This document shows positions 26,591 through 42,973 of a stretch of DNA of 64,000 nucleotides, one piece after another. The position numbers were made by a program, and so were the translations under genes. Position 1 is the first letter of the stretch, and every line of letters starts with the position of its first letter. This DNA is from the human T2T-CHM13v2.0 reference genome, Homo sapiens. Where the stretch lies: assembly GCF_009914755.1 (NCBI RefSeq), contig NC_060930.1, one strand, 5' to 3'. The notes below the pieces were generated by a model that worked only from the letters and a program-made list of their open reading frames with translations, had not been told where the DNA came from and did no database searches.

Positions 26591-29500
26591 AATGGAGGGC
26601 TTTTCAAATACCTTCCATTTTAGTGATTCTCTGTGTGTTTATAAAGTGCAACAAAGTGCCACCTTTCTGCTTTCAAAATCAAAGGCATGATTTCTGTTTT
26701 CCATTATAATTCTGAAGCTCAGACTCGCAGAGGTTTGTGGACATAAATAATGAGGGTAATTTGTCTTGACTCTGTGGCCATTAGAATCTTTAATTGAGAA
26801 AAATATGACCAAAAAGAGAAACAGATCTGCCATATGATCAAAAAATTGTTACTGATAATCAGAATAGGTGCATTATTAATTTTGGACTGAGGGGGATAAT
26901 GTTTTATTGTTAGAAAAACCCACGTTCATTTGATTTGTATATTCCAGATAGAAAAGGTAGGGGGCTTTATGAAATTGATTCATTTTTGTCTGTTCCTCCC
27001 TACGGGGAGAAATTAAAAACATTTCCAGGTGACACCAAAGTTCGTATAACCTGGAGCTTGAGTGATGCAATCCAAAAATCAACCTCAAGGAATTTATTGT
27101 CACAGGGAAGGAAACAGAGAGGAAATAGGCAGGATTTATTTCTGAAAACAGAAACCTTCATGCATTTAAAGACTGGCAGAGAAGTGAAGTTGAGCAGAGC
27201 AAGTCTGAGAAAGGCTGGCTGAACACACCATTCCTTTCAGCTTTGGAGCTGGAGCTGCAGGAAAGAAAGAGCCCTGTTTTCAGGGTTAACTTTTCTTGGA
27301 GAAGCCAAGCATCAGAGTTTGTATTTTTAAGTTTATTTTTTAATTCATTCTTTTGCTTATTAAATACCTGTCTGAGCAACTTTTGTAATAATTAATTAGT
27401 ACACCTGCACATGGTTTGCTTTAAGCACTCACTGATAGCTCATTGATGAAACGATGAGAAACAAAGCATGTACACACACACACAGACACACACATGCACA
27501 CGAGCACAGTGTTTTAGATGAGTTCTTGTTTTGAACTAAGTGCATACAATTTTCTCTAAGGGAAAAAAATAATCAAGAGACCAAAGAAACAGACTTCGAA
27601 ACAGGTGACACAACAAGGAAGAAGGCTGAGTGGGTGTGGTGCCAGGCTAGGGGAAAGGAAAAATACTCAGAAAGCCTATTTTTCTTTCCTCCCAAAATAA
27701 CTTGGGCTCCATGGCTCATTAAGAACATTTAGACCCTTAGCCACTACACTTTACCCTTCCAAAGCACCATCACTGGTGGAGAACCACCCACAGTTGAAGA
27801 TGGGTCAGAAGTCACAACTTGCTTTCTTCCACTGCCCTCCTTTCTTCATTGTCCATGACATTTTCTTAGTGGTCCTTGGCACTTCTGATGTCCTTCTTAT
27901 GATTTTTACATTTGGGTCTCCCCCACCTCTCCCCCCAAGATGATTTATTTTCAAACCTCTTCTAAAGATTTGTAAAAGCTACAGCTGTCTCTTCATGGGA
28001 AAAGCCAACCTAAAGGGGATTAGTGGCCCTCCTTTTTTGCTGTGAGGCCACAGGATTGATAGTGGGAAGGAAAATCAGCTGGAGAGAGGTTTGGTTTCCT
28101 CCTGTTGTTTATCTTTATAAAAAAGAACCCTCTTCTCAAACACGTTGCTATAGGAAAGGTCTCTTCATTACCTATGTGGGGACAGTGGAGGGCCAGTTCC
28201 ATATTTTCTGCAGTAACTGAGGCTGGCTCTGTTTTCCTGAGGAATAAGCTGTGAAACTGAGGATATACTAGGTTATCTGAAGCAACAGAACACCCACTGG
28301 TATACCCACAAAAAGTGTTTGATTATCTGTTCTCCCCTGAGGACTTTACTTAAGACTTATAAACCAGTCTCCCTTTCCTTAAGAGGTACTGTGATAGAGA
28401 CAGAGTGAGAGCTTTCAGTGGTCAGGGCTTTCTAGAAGGCTGGACACATGGCCATGATAATGCCTAAAGCACAATCAAGAAGGATGGAGGCTTTTATGAA
28501 GGTCTTGAGATTCAAAGGGAACAAAAGTGGATGGTTTGGAGAGTGTGTCAGTGAAGGTCCTGTGCTTTGATCATGTCTCAGGAGATTCCCCACATTGACT
28601 CTCTTTGGGTATTTATGAAAGTCTACATTGTTGGCACAGATCTGATATAGCAAGGAAATTTGCTGGGGCCAGGGATCCAAGAGTTTTTGGATTGTATAAT
28701 TAGGAAAGCATTGATGGTCCAAAACGCAGGATGAACATTCATTTTATTTTTTACAGAACATATTTTTGTCCCCTTTCTGTATATTATATATTGGTTCTAT
28801 ATTTTGTGAGACCTGGTGCAGCAGTTCCTTGGTAGAGCCAAATAGCCTGAATGAAGAGAAGGAGAGATGCCTCTTCCTTTGCTTTCATTCTAGATTGTGT
28901 TGGAGCTATGCTGAGGATGGTGAATAGAGAAACTGATTGTAGTTAATTTGTCACCTCGTAGCCCAGTGGTAGCATTTGAATGGAAGTAAGTTAATGGAAA
29001 AGGACTTTGCAAGACATACCAGCCCCAACCACTCATTCTTGCTGAGGGTCAACCCACTGTCAGATATAGGTGGAGAAGCCCTTCTGTGGTATGGAGGCAC
29101 CATTTCTTTATTCTCTTGTTAGGAAAACTGAAATATAAATAAATAAAAATTTGCAACTGAATTGGAAAAAATCTGACACTGAAGGATGAAATGTAGCTTT
29201 CGTAGCATGAGATTTGTGGCACAAACTGACCAGAGGAAGGAAATCTGATGATCTAGATAGATGCCTTTGGTTATTACCACTTTTGCTAAATGCCTCTCTG
29301 CTAAGAACTCAACAGGATGAGTCATCTCTTAGCTGTAAACAAAAACTTTTATGGGGAAGGGAGAAATCCTTGTGTTTGAAGGAATAGGTGGCATTTCCGG
29401 CTAATTTATAAATGTCTCCTTTCATTCCTTTCTAAATTGGGACAAATTGCTCCAAAAAGTCTATCAGAAGATTATGTATGTATGTAGGTATTTATCTATG

Positions 29501-29633
29501 TATGTGTGTGTGTATGTACTTTTGTTACAGCAATGAGGTCCTCCAGCTGAACCATAGCTGAGTTCTATTCCTACTTCTATTCCTGGTGCTATTTGGTCAG
29601 TTCTTAGAATGGATTTTGATAGTTTTCACTTCA

Positions 29634-30017
<384 letters not shown>

Positions 30018-31579
30018 TTAAAACAACTGCGTTAGAAAATATTATTTGTACAATAGCATCTTAAATCCCAAGACCTCTATACAACTTACAAAGTAACTGT
30101 AGAAATTCAGGGAAATTCTTCTTTTTTAAGTTTTATTTCATTTTTAATTGACAAATAATTATATTCCAGTAAAATTCTAATGTTGATATTTAGATGCTTT
30201 TGTTCTTGGTGAGCTTGGTAATTAAAAGAAGGTAATTTTAGGAAAGAAAATCAGCTTTAATAACGTATCCATATTGTTTATTTCTACGTTAATTGAGCAA
30301 ACATTTGCACCATGGCTGCTCTGTCCAGGGCTTTTGAGAATGCTAAGTGCTGCTGAAATAACTTTGAGAGTCTAACTTGAAAGGGCCTCCAGCAGAATTG
30401 AGTATAAACCCGAGATTAGCACCCGTAAAGGTCCATAAAGGGCTTAATTTGTAGTCCTTTTATTTATCTTTAGCACAGTGTGAAGTGTGATGGACTAGGG
30501 TGGAAGGTGAAGGAGCAAGGTAAAGAGAGACTCCCGTGACAATCAGCAATACGCCTTTAAGTTCATTGGGCTTTGCTTATCTTTACTAAGCCATCTTTTC
30601 TTCTTAGAGAAACTGCAATTATTATTGGTCACAAGAAATGAATATTCTCATGTACCTTACAGGATTTGTTTATCCTGTTAGTCTTTAATAGCATTGTAGA
30701 TAAATGCCCTGCCATTGTAGAGAGGTAATCATACTTTTAGTTTTTGATAATTTAGATTATGTGGAAAAAATTCTGTTTTGGTGAAAATACGACATTGTTA
30801 GGACTAGTAACAAAAGCATATATATGATGCTCAGTGCTGCCAATTATTTCTTTTTACATTTGAAATAACATTTACTTAATTTAATTAGTATACAGGAAGA
30901 TCTGTTGTAAACATTTCAGAAAATTCAGAAAGCATTGAAAAAAAGGTAAAAAGTCATTTGAAACTCAACACCAAAGATAATCTCAGTTAATATTTTGACA
31001 TAATTCCTTTTACTACTTTTTCCTAAATGTATTTGTATGTATGAATATATATTCACATATACTTTTTATTTTATACATTTTTGCATTTTCTAAACTGATT
31101 TTATTTTTTAATTATTCAAAGGAATTGACTGACCTATACCCTGAGTCTTAATCGCAAAATGGTAAATCCTGTTCGATTAAAAATGAACATTTTGAAAATT
31201 GATTTACAAAAATTGGTATAAAATCTATTCCTTTAAAAACATTACAGCCCACTGCATTATTTTCTGATATGGTTGCCTGCCTCAGAAGACAACTCATATG
31301 AAGTGTACATTCTTCTCCTTGCTTTTCTTCTTGTCTCTTTTTTCCTTTTATCTCTGTTCTGTTTTATAGGTGCTCACAAGATGTTTGGTATGCTAATCGA
31401 ATAAGAATATGCTATGTTGGGCACTCTAAGCATGCTTTGAGGGTCTCTTGGGTTTCCTCTTCAGACTTCCTCAAGGCTCCATCTCTTTATGTCATCTTTT
31501 GGAGTGGCTTATGTATACCTTAGCAAAGGATGCTCAGACCTGCCCTATGGGCTGGGTTTTCAGAAAATAATATATTCTA

Positions 31580-31720
31580 TATTTGCATAGCATACAAAGT
31601 TTGTAATAACATTGATGACTTCACAACAACTCTGTAAAGCAGACAGAGAAGATGCCCTTTTTCAAGTGATAAAGAAGGCTGGAGAAATTAGAGAACTTGC
31701 CCAGGATCACACATCTGTGT
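31580..31720 (-). mobile_element. MIR fragment
   Basis: ttcacaacaactctgtaaagcag...agaacttgcccaggatcaca. Confidence 0.7.
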
Positions 31721-32791
31721 TGAACATTTCATATTTGAAATTGGTTAGTATGATTCAAATCAAATTCAAGTTGAAAAAAGGTTCCTGCTGTGAATTTGAA
31801 GAAAAATGTGTAAGATGTCACTATTTTACCACATCCAAAATAATTTCAGATTACTCTAACTAGAAGCTAGCCAATTTTTATATGCATTTTTTTGGGAGGA
31901 GGGGGCAAAAGTAAGTAGGAATCAGATACATGTGAAGAAAAAAAAATTCAAATCAATTTTGGGGGTTACATAGTTGTAGTTTTTGTTCTGAATTGCTCTG
32001 GTGGAGGATCAAAGAAAAGCGGAATTAATGGAGAAAAAGAGATATGTAGAAAAAAAGAAAACATTGCCTTTTTAGTGTAGCAGCTTGTTCATTACTAAGG
32101 ATGGAAGGGAAAGGTAATGCTTAACCTTTCCCAACAGAAGAAGGCTGCAAGTCAGGGCAGGGATGGCTGAATCAGCAGGTAAGGTAGTTCTTTTTTCCTC
32201 CTGGACCATCTCCATAGGAGATAGGGTGACTGGAGAAGGGAAGGTGGAAGGAAGATCCCATGTCAGACAATGCTTTTTCCTATTTTTGGAATTCTAGAAA
32301 CATGAAAGATGAGAGGATGTAGATTTGAAGACTCTAAAAATCCTGAAAAGTATAACATTTTCAGTTCATAAGTATATCTGGAAAAGAAGAAGCATTCTTC
32401 TTGGCACATGCTTTGCCTTAAGCTACTAAAAGTCTACCTGAAAATGCAATTTGAATTATTATTATTTTTTATTCAACGCTTGTAAAAACTAAAGCAGCCT
32501 TTCTAGTGTGACTTTTGACATCAAGGAGGCTAAGTGAAGTAGAGAAAAGTAGGAGACTAGGTTGGGGAGGCTGGCCCATAGAACAAAGTAGAAGAAATAA
32601 GCCAGGGCAATGGCAGCTTGGCTGATGAGAGCCTGGGACTGAGTGGAAAAACATAGAGGCCCAGTCAGCCATTGTGGTTAAAAGCTTTGTGAAAAGTGTG
32701 CAGAGGTGGCTCTAAAATGCATTTGTCTGGTTAATATGACAAGGAAGCTCACAGGCATATGAAGGTTTAACAGGCAATGAAGGCTCTCTGA

Positions 32792-33144
<353 letters not shown>

Positions 33145-34384
33145 TGGGGTAGGAAATTAAAAACAAAAACAGTGCCAACTTTTAGGCAATGAAGAGTATT
33201 TGTTAAGCATCTTACATTCTTGATGAAACTACCTAGAGTCTGTGTTTCACTTTTGTAACATTGAGAAATCAGATAGAAATATTGGGTTACTAAGGAATCA
33301 GCTGTGACAATTTTGATAAACTATACATTTATTCCGTGTCACCAATGTGTTAACTGGCAAATACATTATGATCTCCTTCAGTTTCTAATCCTTTTTGCCA
33401 AGTAAATAAATTAAATCAACAATAAAATTTTGATTATTTTTCCTCTCTGGTATAAGACATTTCAGTAAAAATATATGAAAAATAAACTGCGAATGGAATC
33501 TTCCAGTTAGCTGAATGGACCTTTCAAGGTTCATATATTCATTCTACATAAAACTCATATGTAATAATCTGTGGCAGGAGGGAAAAAGTGGCTCTAAGTA
33601 TGATCTGGAAACATACAGAACCTCTTGACTCCTTCAAATTCCTGAGGTGCTCTTTTGTTAATGTCTCTGGTTTCAGAGGGCAAATGTTATGGATGCAAAA
33701 CCTCAAGGTCCACAATCTGTCCTCTTGGAAAAAACTTGCCAACAGAAATGCGTAGCTGTATTCTCTGTTTCTAAAACCTGACAGTAACCTGAAGCTTTGA
33801 GCCACTTGCCTTCTTCCTTCCCCTCTCCTGATTAATTTCCTTTTCCCTGTGTGTATGTGACATTAAGCAGCCCTTATTTCTGTCTGGATTTCTTGACATC
33901 CCATATTCTCTCTTTAGTCTCAACCCTTACTCTTCTTTCAGTTGAATTTACTTTAGCTTGGGTTCTTGCCATAAAGAACCCCAGAGCTTGACATGTTTAT
34001 AGTTATTTGTACACATTCTTATGGTCACATACATCATGATCTTCCATTTTCAGTATCAAAAACCGTATTCCCACAGAGCAGAGATATAACAGTTAATTTT
34101 CTTTGTAAAAATCATAGAATTACCTAAAAATAACTGAATATACTTGAATTGCTGAATATACTTGAAATTCTGATCCTGCTTTTCTCTACGTTGCTCACAT
34201 CAACCAGGCAGCCACAGTATTTACTGAGCACCTGCTGTGTGCCTACAAGTATGCCAGCTACACACAAGTTTGGAATATAAGGCACAAAGTTTTACTTTGG
34301 AAGAATTAAAATATGGTCCTGGAGATAGTGCTATAATTAATAAACAATTAGATGGCACTGTGTATTCAATTCGGCTATCACATG

Positions 34385-35390
34385 TTCATTCTTTCAACAA
34401 GTGTTTATTGAGCCCTGCCATATGACAGACATTCTTCTATGTGTTAGGAATATAGCCTTTAACAAAATGTACAAAATTGTTTCCCTCTTGGAACTTGTGT
34501 TCTATTGAAAGAGGGAGACAATAAGCAAACAAATGAATATATATAATATGCAAATATGCAGATAGTGATAAGTACTTTAAAGAAAAAAGAACCAGGGTAA
34601 GGGGACAGAGGGAGGGAGGTGGATGATTTTTCATGTAGGTCAGTCAGGCCTTGCTGATGGGGCAACATTTGAGCGGAGGCTTGAATTAAATAGGGAGCGA
34701 GCCATCTATCAATATCTAGGTAGCAGAATGTCAAGAGCAAAGGCATTGAGGCCCAGCTCTTTGGCATGGTTATGGGATAGCAAGCAGGCCAGTGTGGCTG
34801 CAGCAGAGTGAGTGAATGGGAAAGTGGTATGACATGAGGCCACAGAGATAGTTGGGGGCAGAGAATGGTGCGTGGAAGGCACAGATCAAGTAGGAGCTAG
34901 ACCATGAGTTGGCCTTCAGGCTCTAGGTCAAATCTGGTGTGGTATTTAAAGTCATAGGACTGGAATAAATAATTTTAGATAGAGAAGAGGGCCAAGGACA
35001 GATCCCTGGGGGTAATTCTCAACATTGGAAATAGGGATTAGGAAGAGGAGCCAATGTGGGACCCTGAGTAGGTACAACCAGTGAGATAGGAAGAGTCCCA
35101 AAGAATGTGGTATTCAGGCAGCAAAGGACTCTGTTCAAGAAGAATGTCACCAACTGTGTCAAATTTTGCTGACCAAGGACTGTCATTGAGTTTGGCGGTG
35201 TGGAAGGCATTGATGATCTTGGCAAAAAAGATGTCAGTGCAAGGATAGATTCAAAAGATCATTTGTTGAAAATTAAGAGAAATGGAGGCTAGGAGGTGAG
35301 TACAATGAATTTAGAAAGTGAACACACTTTCAGGATGTTTAAAGGGAGCAGGGAAATGGGGCAGTAACCGGAAGGGGATATGGCATAATG
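34385..35390 (-). mobile_element. L2 (L2a-like), about 1 kb with deletions
   Basis: ttcattctttcaacaagtgtttattgagc tail; caagcaggccagtgtggctgcagcagagtgagtg; ggtatttaaagtcataggactgga. Confidence 0.88.
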
Positions 35391-35430
35391 GAGCTCTTGT
35401 GCTGAACTGTTAAGAACGAGTGACCCTTGA

Positions 35431-35599
35431 GCTGGGTTTGGTGGCATGCACCTGTAGTCCCATCTACTTGGGAGGCTGAGGCAGGAGGATCACTTGAGGC
35501 CAGGAGTTCGAGGCTGTCATGTGCTATGATTGCACTTGTTAATAGCCACTGCACTCCAGCCTGGGCAGTATAGCAAGACCCCAACTCTTAAAAAAAAAA
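35431..35599 (+). mobile_element. FAM (fossil Alu monomer) inserted in a MIR core
   Basis: Monomer with the FAM-specific segment ctatgattgcacttgttaatagccactgcactccagcc. TSD aaga(ac/gt)gagtgacccttga at 35412-35430 and 35598-35616. Confidence 0.88.
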
Positions 35600-38500
35600 G
35601 AGTGAGTGACCCTTGACAAACCACTTTGTCTCTCAGAGCCTTGGCATCTTCAGCAGAAAAATAGAAATATAATAACACCTACCTATAATGGTTATTTTAG
35701 AGGATAGTGTATAGTAAAATTTTGTCATTTGTAAAATGCAACATAAATGTAAAAGTCATACTATCCTTAGCGTGTAATAGAAATTTTGAAAGAAAGACAA
35801 GATCACTTGGAGGAAATTAGGTCCTGAAGAAAATGGTTATGATGGATTAGGTGGACTGAAGGCATGTGTTACAGGCACAGGGAAGGGAAAGACCAGGGAA
35901 TGTGAAGAAGTAAGAACAGCTGGTTTGGAACAGAGGATGAATGTTGGGGAGAAGAGGAAAATCACATTGAATAGGTAGAATCAGGCTAATGATGCAGGGC
36001 TGTAAAAGCTATTCAGAAAAGTCTCAGTTAATGGAGCAGGCAGTAGGGTGGCCTCATGAACTCCCCAACAAGATAGTTGAAGGGAGGGCTTTGGATTGCC
36101 ACCTGACAGGGAATTACAGGGACTGGATCCATTCTACCTCTGTCCACAGAAGTGCTCCAGTGTTGTGAAGCAACAGAGATATTTTGATTTGGTGGGGAAA
36201 ACAAGAGGAACCAAATATACGGAAGACGTAGAAGGGAAGGGATGTATAGAGGCAAAGAAGCCAGCTGGAAAAGTACTCGCACAACCCCAGTGTGATGAGA
36301 CCCAGGAAATATATATGCCATTTAAAGTCAGTATCAACATCATGGAGAAGGAAAGTGCAAAAGGAAGGAATGTCTTAAGATGGGGAAACACTCATGAAAT
36401 GAGTCTGAAGTCAATCGACAAGAATATTAAGCACCTACTATGTACCATTGCTGTTCTTGGCACTAGTCTGGGCACTCTTCTAAGCTCTGTTCTAAGCATG
36501 GACTACAAACATGCTTAAGGGCAGGAAATGTGTGGGAGGAAGCCAAATAGTGATAGAATGAGGCTTACTATTTTTTTTTTTTGTTTTTTGAGGGATTAGG
36601 TCCATTAGATTTTGTATTTCTTCGGTGCCTACTACATAATTTGCTAAGTGAATTAATGATTTTTATTAAATGAATTATCGATATTAATTGGTTGCTGCAA
36701 CTTTTTTTTAAATGTGATTTGACAATATAAATTACTAGCTTTAAAAATGTTCCCAGGGCAGCTGTGGCTAGAACACATGACCAGATTTGGCTTGTCCAGC
36801 TGCTAAAGAATTCTGTCAAATATAAGCCCCCCAGCCATTCGTGTGACCCTCATACAAACAAATAATAAAAAAGACATTCAGATAAATAAAGCAAAATGTA
36901 CAGAGAAACCCTGATTAAAAATAAAGAGAGAAAAAAGAGGTTCCATTCCTGACAGTCTGCTTTAAGGAAATTGCCTTAAATACATGAAAGGATTTAGAAT
37001 CAATGAGGTGCACTGCAGTTATTTATATCCATATGTTAAGCAACCCATGTTTCTACTTCTAATTCAGTGAAAGTGCTGCTTGGATCCTTTCCAGGGAAAT
37101 AAGAAGGGGGCGGCATTGGTACTCCACCGTTTACTCAACATTAAGCTGATGGGGTATGACAGTTCTGCTATTGCTTCTCATTGACATCGATAGTCTTATA
37201 GGTCTTATGTGTATCTGTGGGAGGGATGTATAAGAAGACCACAGAACATTGTACCTGGAGATTTAGGTGAGAATAAACAGATACATGAATAAATGAGCTC
37301 TCAAACTGGCTGAAAACAAACCTTAAGCATGAAATAATGTGCTTACTAATTTCTGAACTGTAGTTTTGAATAATTCGTCAGGGCTAGGACTCTGGTTTTA
37401 ATGATTTGTGTGGTGACAATATGCCACTATTCACAATAGAGTTTTTAAAACAGTATATTTGTAATTGATGTTGTTAAAATGACGGACTTGGGTTTGGGTT
37501 TTAAAGCACATGTTCAGTGGTTAAGATTAATTTCTAGCAATGGTTTTGGAGGTTGAAATCAAAGTGTGTACAAAAGTAAACAGTTCCCTTTCAGAGCAAA
37601 TAATTTGAACTTGAATGAAACTTAAGCAAGTGAGCATCAATTGCAAGTTAATTTTGACATGGATGTCTGGAAGGCATCATCAATTACCACAGTGAGTCGT
37701 AGTGTAGTATTGTCCCTCTGTGCTCATGTGAGTAAAGGAACAAGTTGCTTGTCTAACCCCAGAGTTCTGCTGGCTGGGCAGAACCTGAGGCTGAAGTTGT
37801 CCCCATCTGGCCCTATGTGAAGGATGCATACAGTGGCACAGGCACCTTTACAGACCAGCAGCCACTTGGGTATCTGACCTGAAAGGAGCACATCGCAGGC
37901 AGTTTCTCTTTCTACCAAATATTGATCAATGACTTTTAAAAAGAAGGAGTCTTTACCAAATGGTTTAGTTCCTGGGTCACTTTTCTTTTTGGTCTTGTAA
38001 GCACAGGAAATAAAATACATGCTGATACTTTCCAATGGAAATAAAATGCATACCATTACTCTCCAACAGAAATAAAATCTTTCCATACAGAAACAAGAGG
38101 AAAAGTCTGTACAAGGAGGCATTTATATCATCCTCAGGCATATTAAAAACAGAATGAATTGACTAAGACATCAAATATTAAAGTAATGTTATAAGGTGGA
38201 CCATATGCTAAATAGACTGCCATTAAGGCATTTTAGGTGACCTTATTATTCCAAAACAAGGAGATATTTTCTTTCTAGCTGGGGAGAAAAATTCTTTCCA
38301 ACTTTAGTCTTTATTTCATTTGGTGTATGCTGGTTTTTTTCCTTTTGTCTTGCCAGTAGAACTAAAACTGATGGATTTTCTCAGTGTAAGTATGATAATG
38401 TAAAGCAAAGAAATCTATACAGCGATACTCAAATTTGTTTAAATGCTTTTTTAAAAAAAATGAATTCTCCCTCCTTTTATTTTTGTTCCCTTTTTCTTTC

Positions 38501-38730
38501 AGTTTACTTTTCCCTGGAAAGAATAGGGTATCTCAGTTTATTCATTATTCTGGGTCAGCTTTGAGACAGTACAGTGAGGGATTTGCATCCAGATCTTTAC
38601 TTTGTCTTGGAAATACACATATTAATGGAAATGTTTCTATCTTCATTAATTTGTGAGATAAGACTAATTTGACAATGAGTTGGACTCATTGTGGACTGTG
38701 TTTGAAATTAGAAAAATGTTCACAACATCA

Positions 38731-39027
<297 letters not shown>

Positions 39028-40430
39028 TTACAACATCAGAGACAGTTTGGCTCCTAAGTGATCATTTATTGGTTCTCTGTGTATCAGGGACTGTGTCTTT
39101 TCACCCTTATGTGCAAGGTCCCAGCCCAGTATCTGTCAGGTAGTAGTTAACAGTAAAGTTTTCAAATGAATAAGTGAACTGTTAATTGATTGCTAAACCC
39201 AAGACATTTATACCCTAAATATAAACTTTTTTTTTTCTTTTTAGTGATGATGGGCTAGAATGATGACATGAGAATAATGTAAAGTGAAATACAAGTCCTT
39301 TACTTCTTTTTGATAAGTGTCAGCATTCTAAAACTCTATCTACAGCGGCCCTTGGGTTGCATGAGCTGCTTCAAACCAGATTTTTCTATCTGTTGCTTTA
39401 CTCTCTACAGAGCTGGAAAAACCAGCTTAGGTCAATGTCCGAGCATTATCCAAAACTCACTTTCTTACAGAAAACAAAGGAATTTCCTCTTTCAGAATCT
39501 GTATATGATTGAGCAGCTAGGTAGCCTGTTCATTCACTTTTCTCATTTTACCCTAATGAATATTTTCCTATCAGTCACATCAGAAGCTGTCATTTTCATA
39601 ACCATAGGTATTTAACTGTGCCTTGGTAGGATTTAAGCTTTTTAAAGTTGTCTGGACAAACCCTCTGGTGGGTGTGAATCACAATATCTCTTGATGCACA
39701 GTGGGATTGTGGCAGCTGCTTAAGTGTCTGGAACATTTATCTATCATATGGCCAGTTCACTGCTTTCAAACACAAGGAAACTCTGGGAGTGGTGCTGATT
39801 CTTGAGTATATACAAGATTTGCCATCTTTTGAGCCTTATAAGAAAAAATGTTTATAAGCTGGGGAAATACTTTAGAATTTATATGTGACTCTTTCTTTTG
39901 TCTCTGCCATGGTTCCTTATAAATCACTCGGTGGCTCAGGGAGAGCAGTATGCTTCTGAAATAAGGTTACCTGCTTTTTGATGTATTTATAAGCCTTGGC
40001 CAATCCATCCATTTCTTGTAGGCATTCCATAGATACTCTGAAAACTCCAAGTTCCTGTTATAATCCCAGAGGATCTTTCAGAGACATTGCTCAGCAAGAT
40101 CATCTAAGGGCAGTGAAATGGAAATATGACAACTCTTATTTCATCCTTCTGAAATATTAATCCTTCATGGTTAATTATATGATATTTTGAGGGTGTTCTG
40201 CCTGGATAATAAATATTATTGGTCAAGAGTCCTATTCTCAAAGGACTCTAATTTTAGTACTATGCATACCTTATATAATAAATATTAATATTTAATTAAT
40301 CTGAACAAGTATAAACTTTTCAGTTAATTAAAAAGTGGCCTTGTCTAGTTGATATGGTCATATGGTCATATGATGTTTTAGAAATTTGCCTTCTGGTCTG
40401 TATCTGTAGGAACTTGATGAAAACTACTTA

Positions 40431-40763
40431 ATTTTTCTGTTTTTATTTTTATTTTTTTCTTTTTGGTTTTTTTTTTTTAGACAAGATCTCATTTCAATTG
40501 CCCAGGCTGGAGTTCAGAAGTACAATTTTGGCTCACTGAAGCCTCTAGGCTCAGGTGATTCTCCCACCTCAGCCTCTTGAGTAGCTGGGACTACAGGCAC
40601 ATACCACCACGCCTGGCTAATTTTTTTTTTTTTTTGTATCTTTAGTGGAGACAGGGTTTCACCATGTTGCCCAGGCTGGTTTCGAACTGCTGGACGCAAG
40701 CAATACACCCACCTTGGCCTCTCAAATTTCTGGGATTATAGGCGTGAGCGACTGTACCCCGCC
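40431..40763 (-). mobile_element. AluJ-like, diverged
   Basis: T-tract, then agacaagatctc...ctaggctcaggtgattctcccacctcagcc...ggcgtgagcgactgtaccccgcc. Confidence 0.93.
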
Positions 40764-40849
40764 CTACTTCTTTTTTCTATGCCTTAGTTCCATGCCTGCT
40801 AAATTGCAGCAGTAGCTCTAATCTTGAGATGTTAAGAAAACTAAAAATA

Positions 40850-41140
<291 letters not shown>

Positions 41141-41156
41141 AAGAAAACTAAAAATA

Positions 41157-41340
41157 ATAACTAATATTATAAAGTATTTACGATAACCCTCTGAGGTACT
41201 AGTGTGATTTCAATTTAAATGTGAAGAAAAAAATGGGGAGAAGTTAGGTAGTGTGCCCAAGTCCTCAAACCCAGTGACCTGCAGAGTCAGGACTGGAATC
41301 CAGCATCAACATCCAAGCCTGAGCCCTTGCCAGGCTACAA
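41157..41340 (-). mobile_element. MIR
   Basis: aagttaggtagtgtgcccaagtc...cagagtcaggactggaatccag. Confidence 0.7.
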
Positions 41341-41788
41341 TACAGCTCCCAGTCTGGTTGTGTGATGATCTTTCAGGTCTCCAAGAAGGGTGGCCAGGAT
41401 GGCATTGACATCTCTTCACAGGTGGCCTTGGTGAGAGACCTTCCAGTATTCTAATGCTGTGTAGTTTTTAGTAGGATTCCAGTAGGAGTACGTAATTTAT
41501 CTTTTCCCCTCTTTCTGTCTCCTGGAGAGATAAATCCTATTTCCATTAAACAGATTTTTGTTAGGAATGCTTCATTTCTTAACCAGTGTAATTTGTATGC
41601 CTGAGTAGCTCATCATAGAACCTTAGAGTTGTAACAAAGGCTGCTTTGATTCAGTTCATTTATTCGACAGATAAGAAACTGACAAACAATTCCTGCAATG
41701 CTTTAATATTTATTTGGTCAGATTGTGCTAAAACATCCCTTTCCTTTCTTACTCTTTTGAGATGATATTTTATTTTTCTTGCTCCTAA

Positions 41789-42487
<699 letters not shown>

Positions 42488-42973
42488 TGACTTGGCTTTC
42501 CTTTCTTCCTGTTTCCTTGCTTGCTCATCAAAGACACTATCATGTGAGCAGTCACCTTGACTTAATGAACAACTCCCAAATCTTTATCTTTCATTCTAGC
42601 CGTCTTCAATGTCCCATCTCCCTTATGCCTAAAACTAATGCCACAAAATCCTTTTGATCTTTAAATAATATATCTCTGTAAAAACTAACCTTTCCTTACC
42701 TTAATATAGGGAATTGTAGTGATTACCAATTATTCTTCTAGCTACCAGCCTCTTTCTCCTTAAAGTTCTTTTCATGCAGTGCTGTAACTCAGTTTTCCTC
42801 GATCTCAGCTTTGATCATGTCAACCTGAGGCCTTCATGTTGTGAAACTCTCTGTGGTGCCCCACATGCTACTCAACCAAGTACAGGCTTCTCAGGCTGTT
42901 TCCCTATGCCCAGAATAACTTAGCCCAGTCTTATCATTACAACTGCAGTCACTTTCTTACACACATTTTAGCC

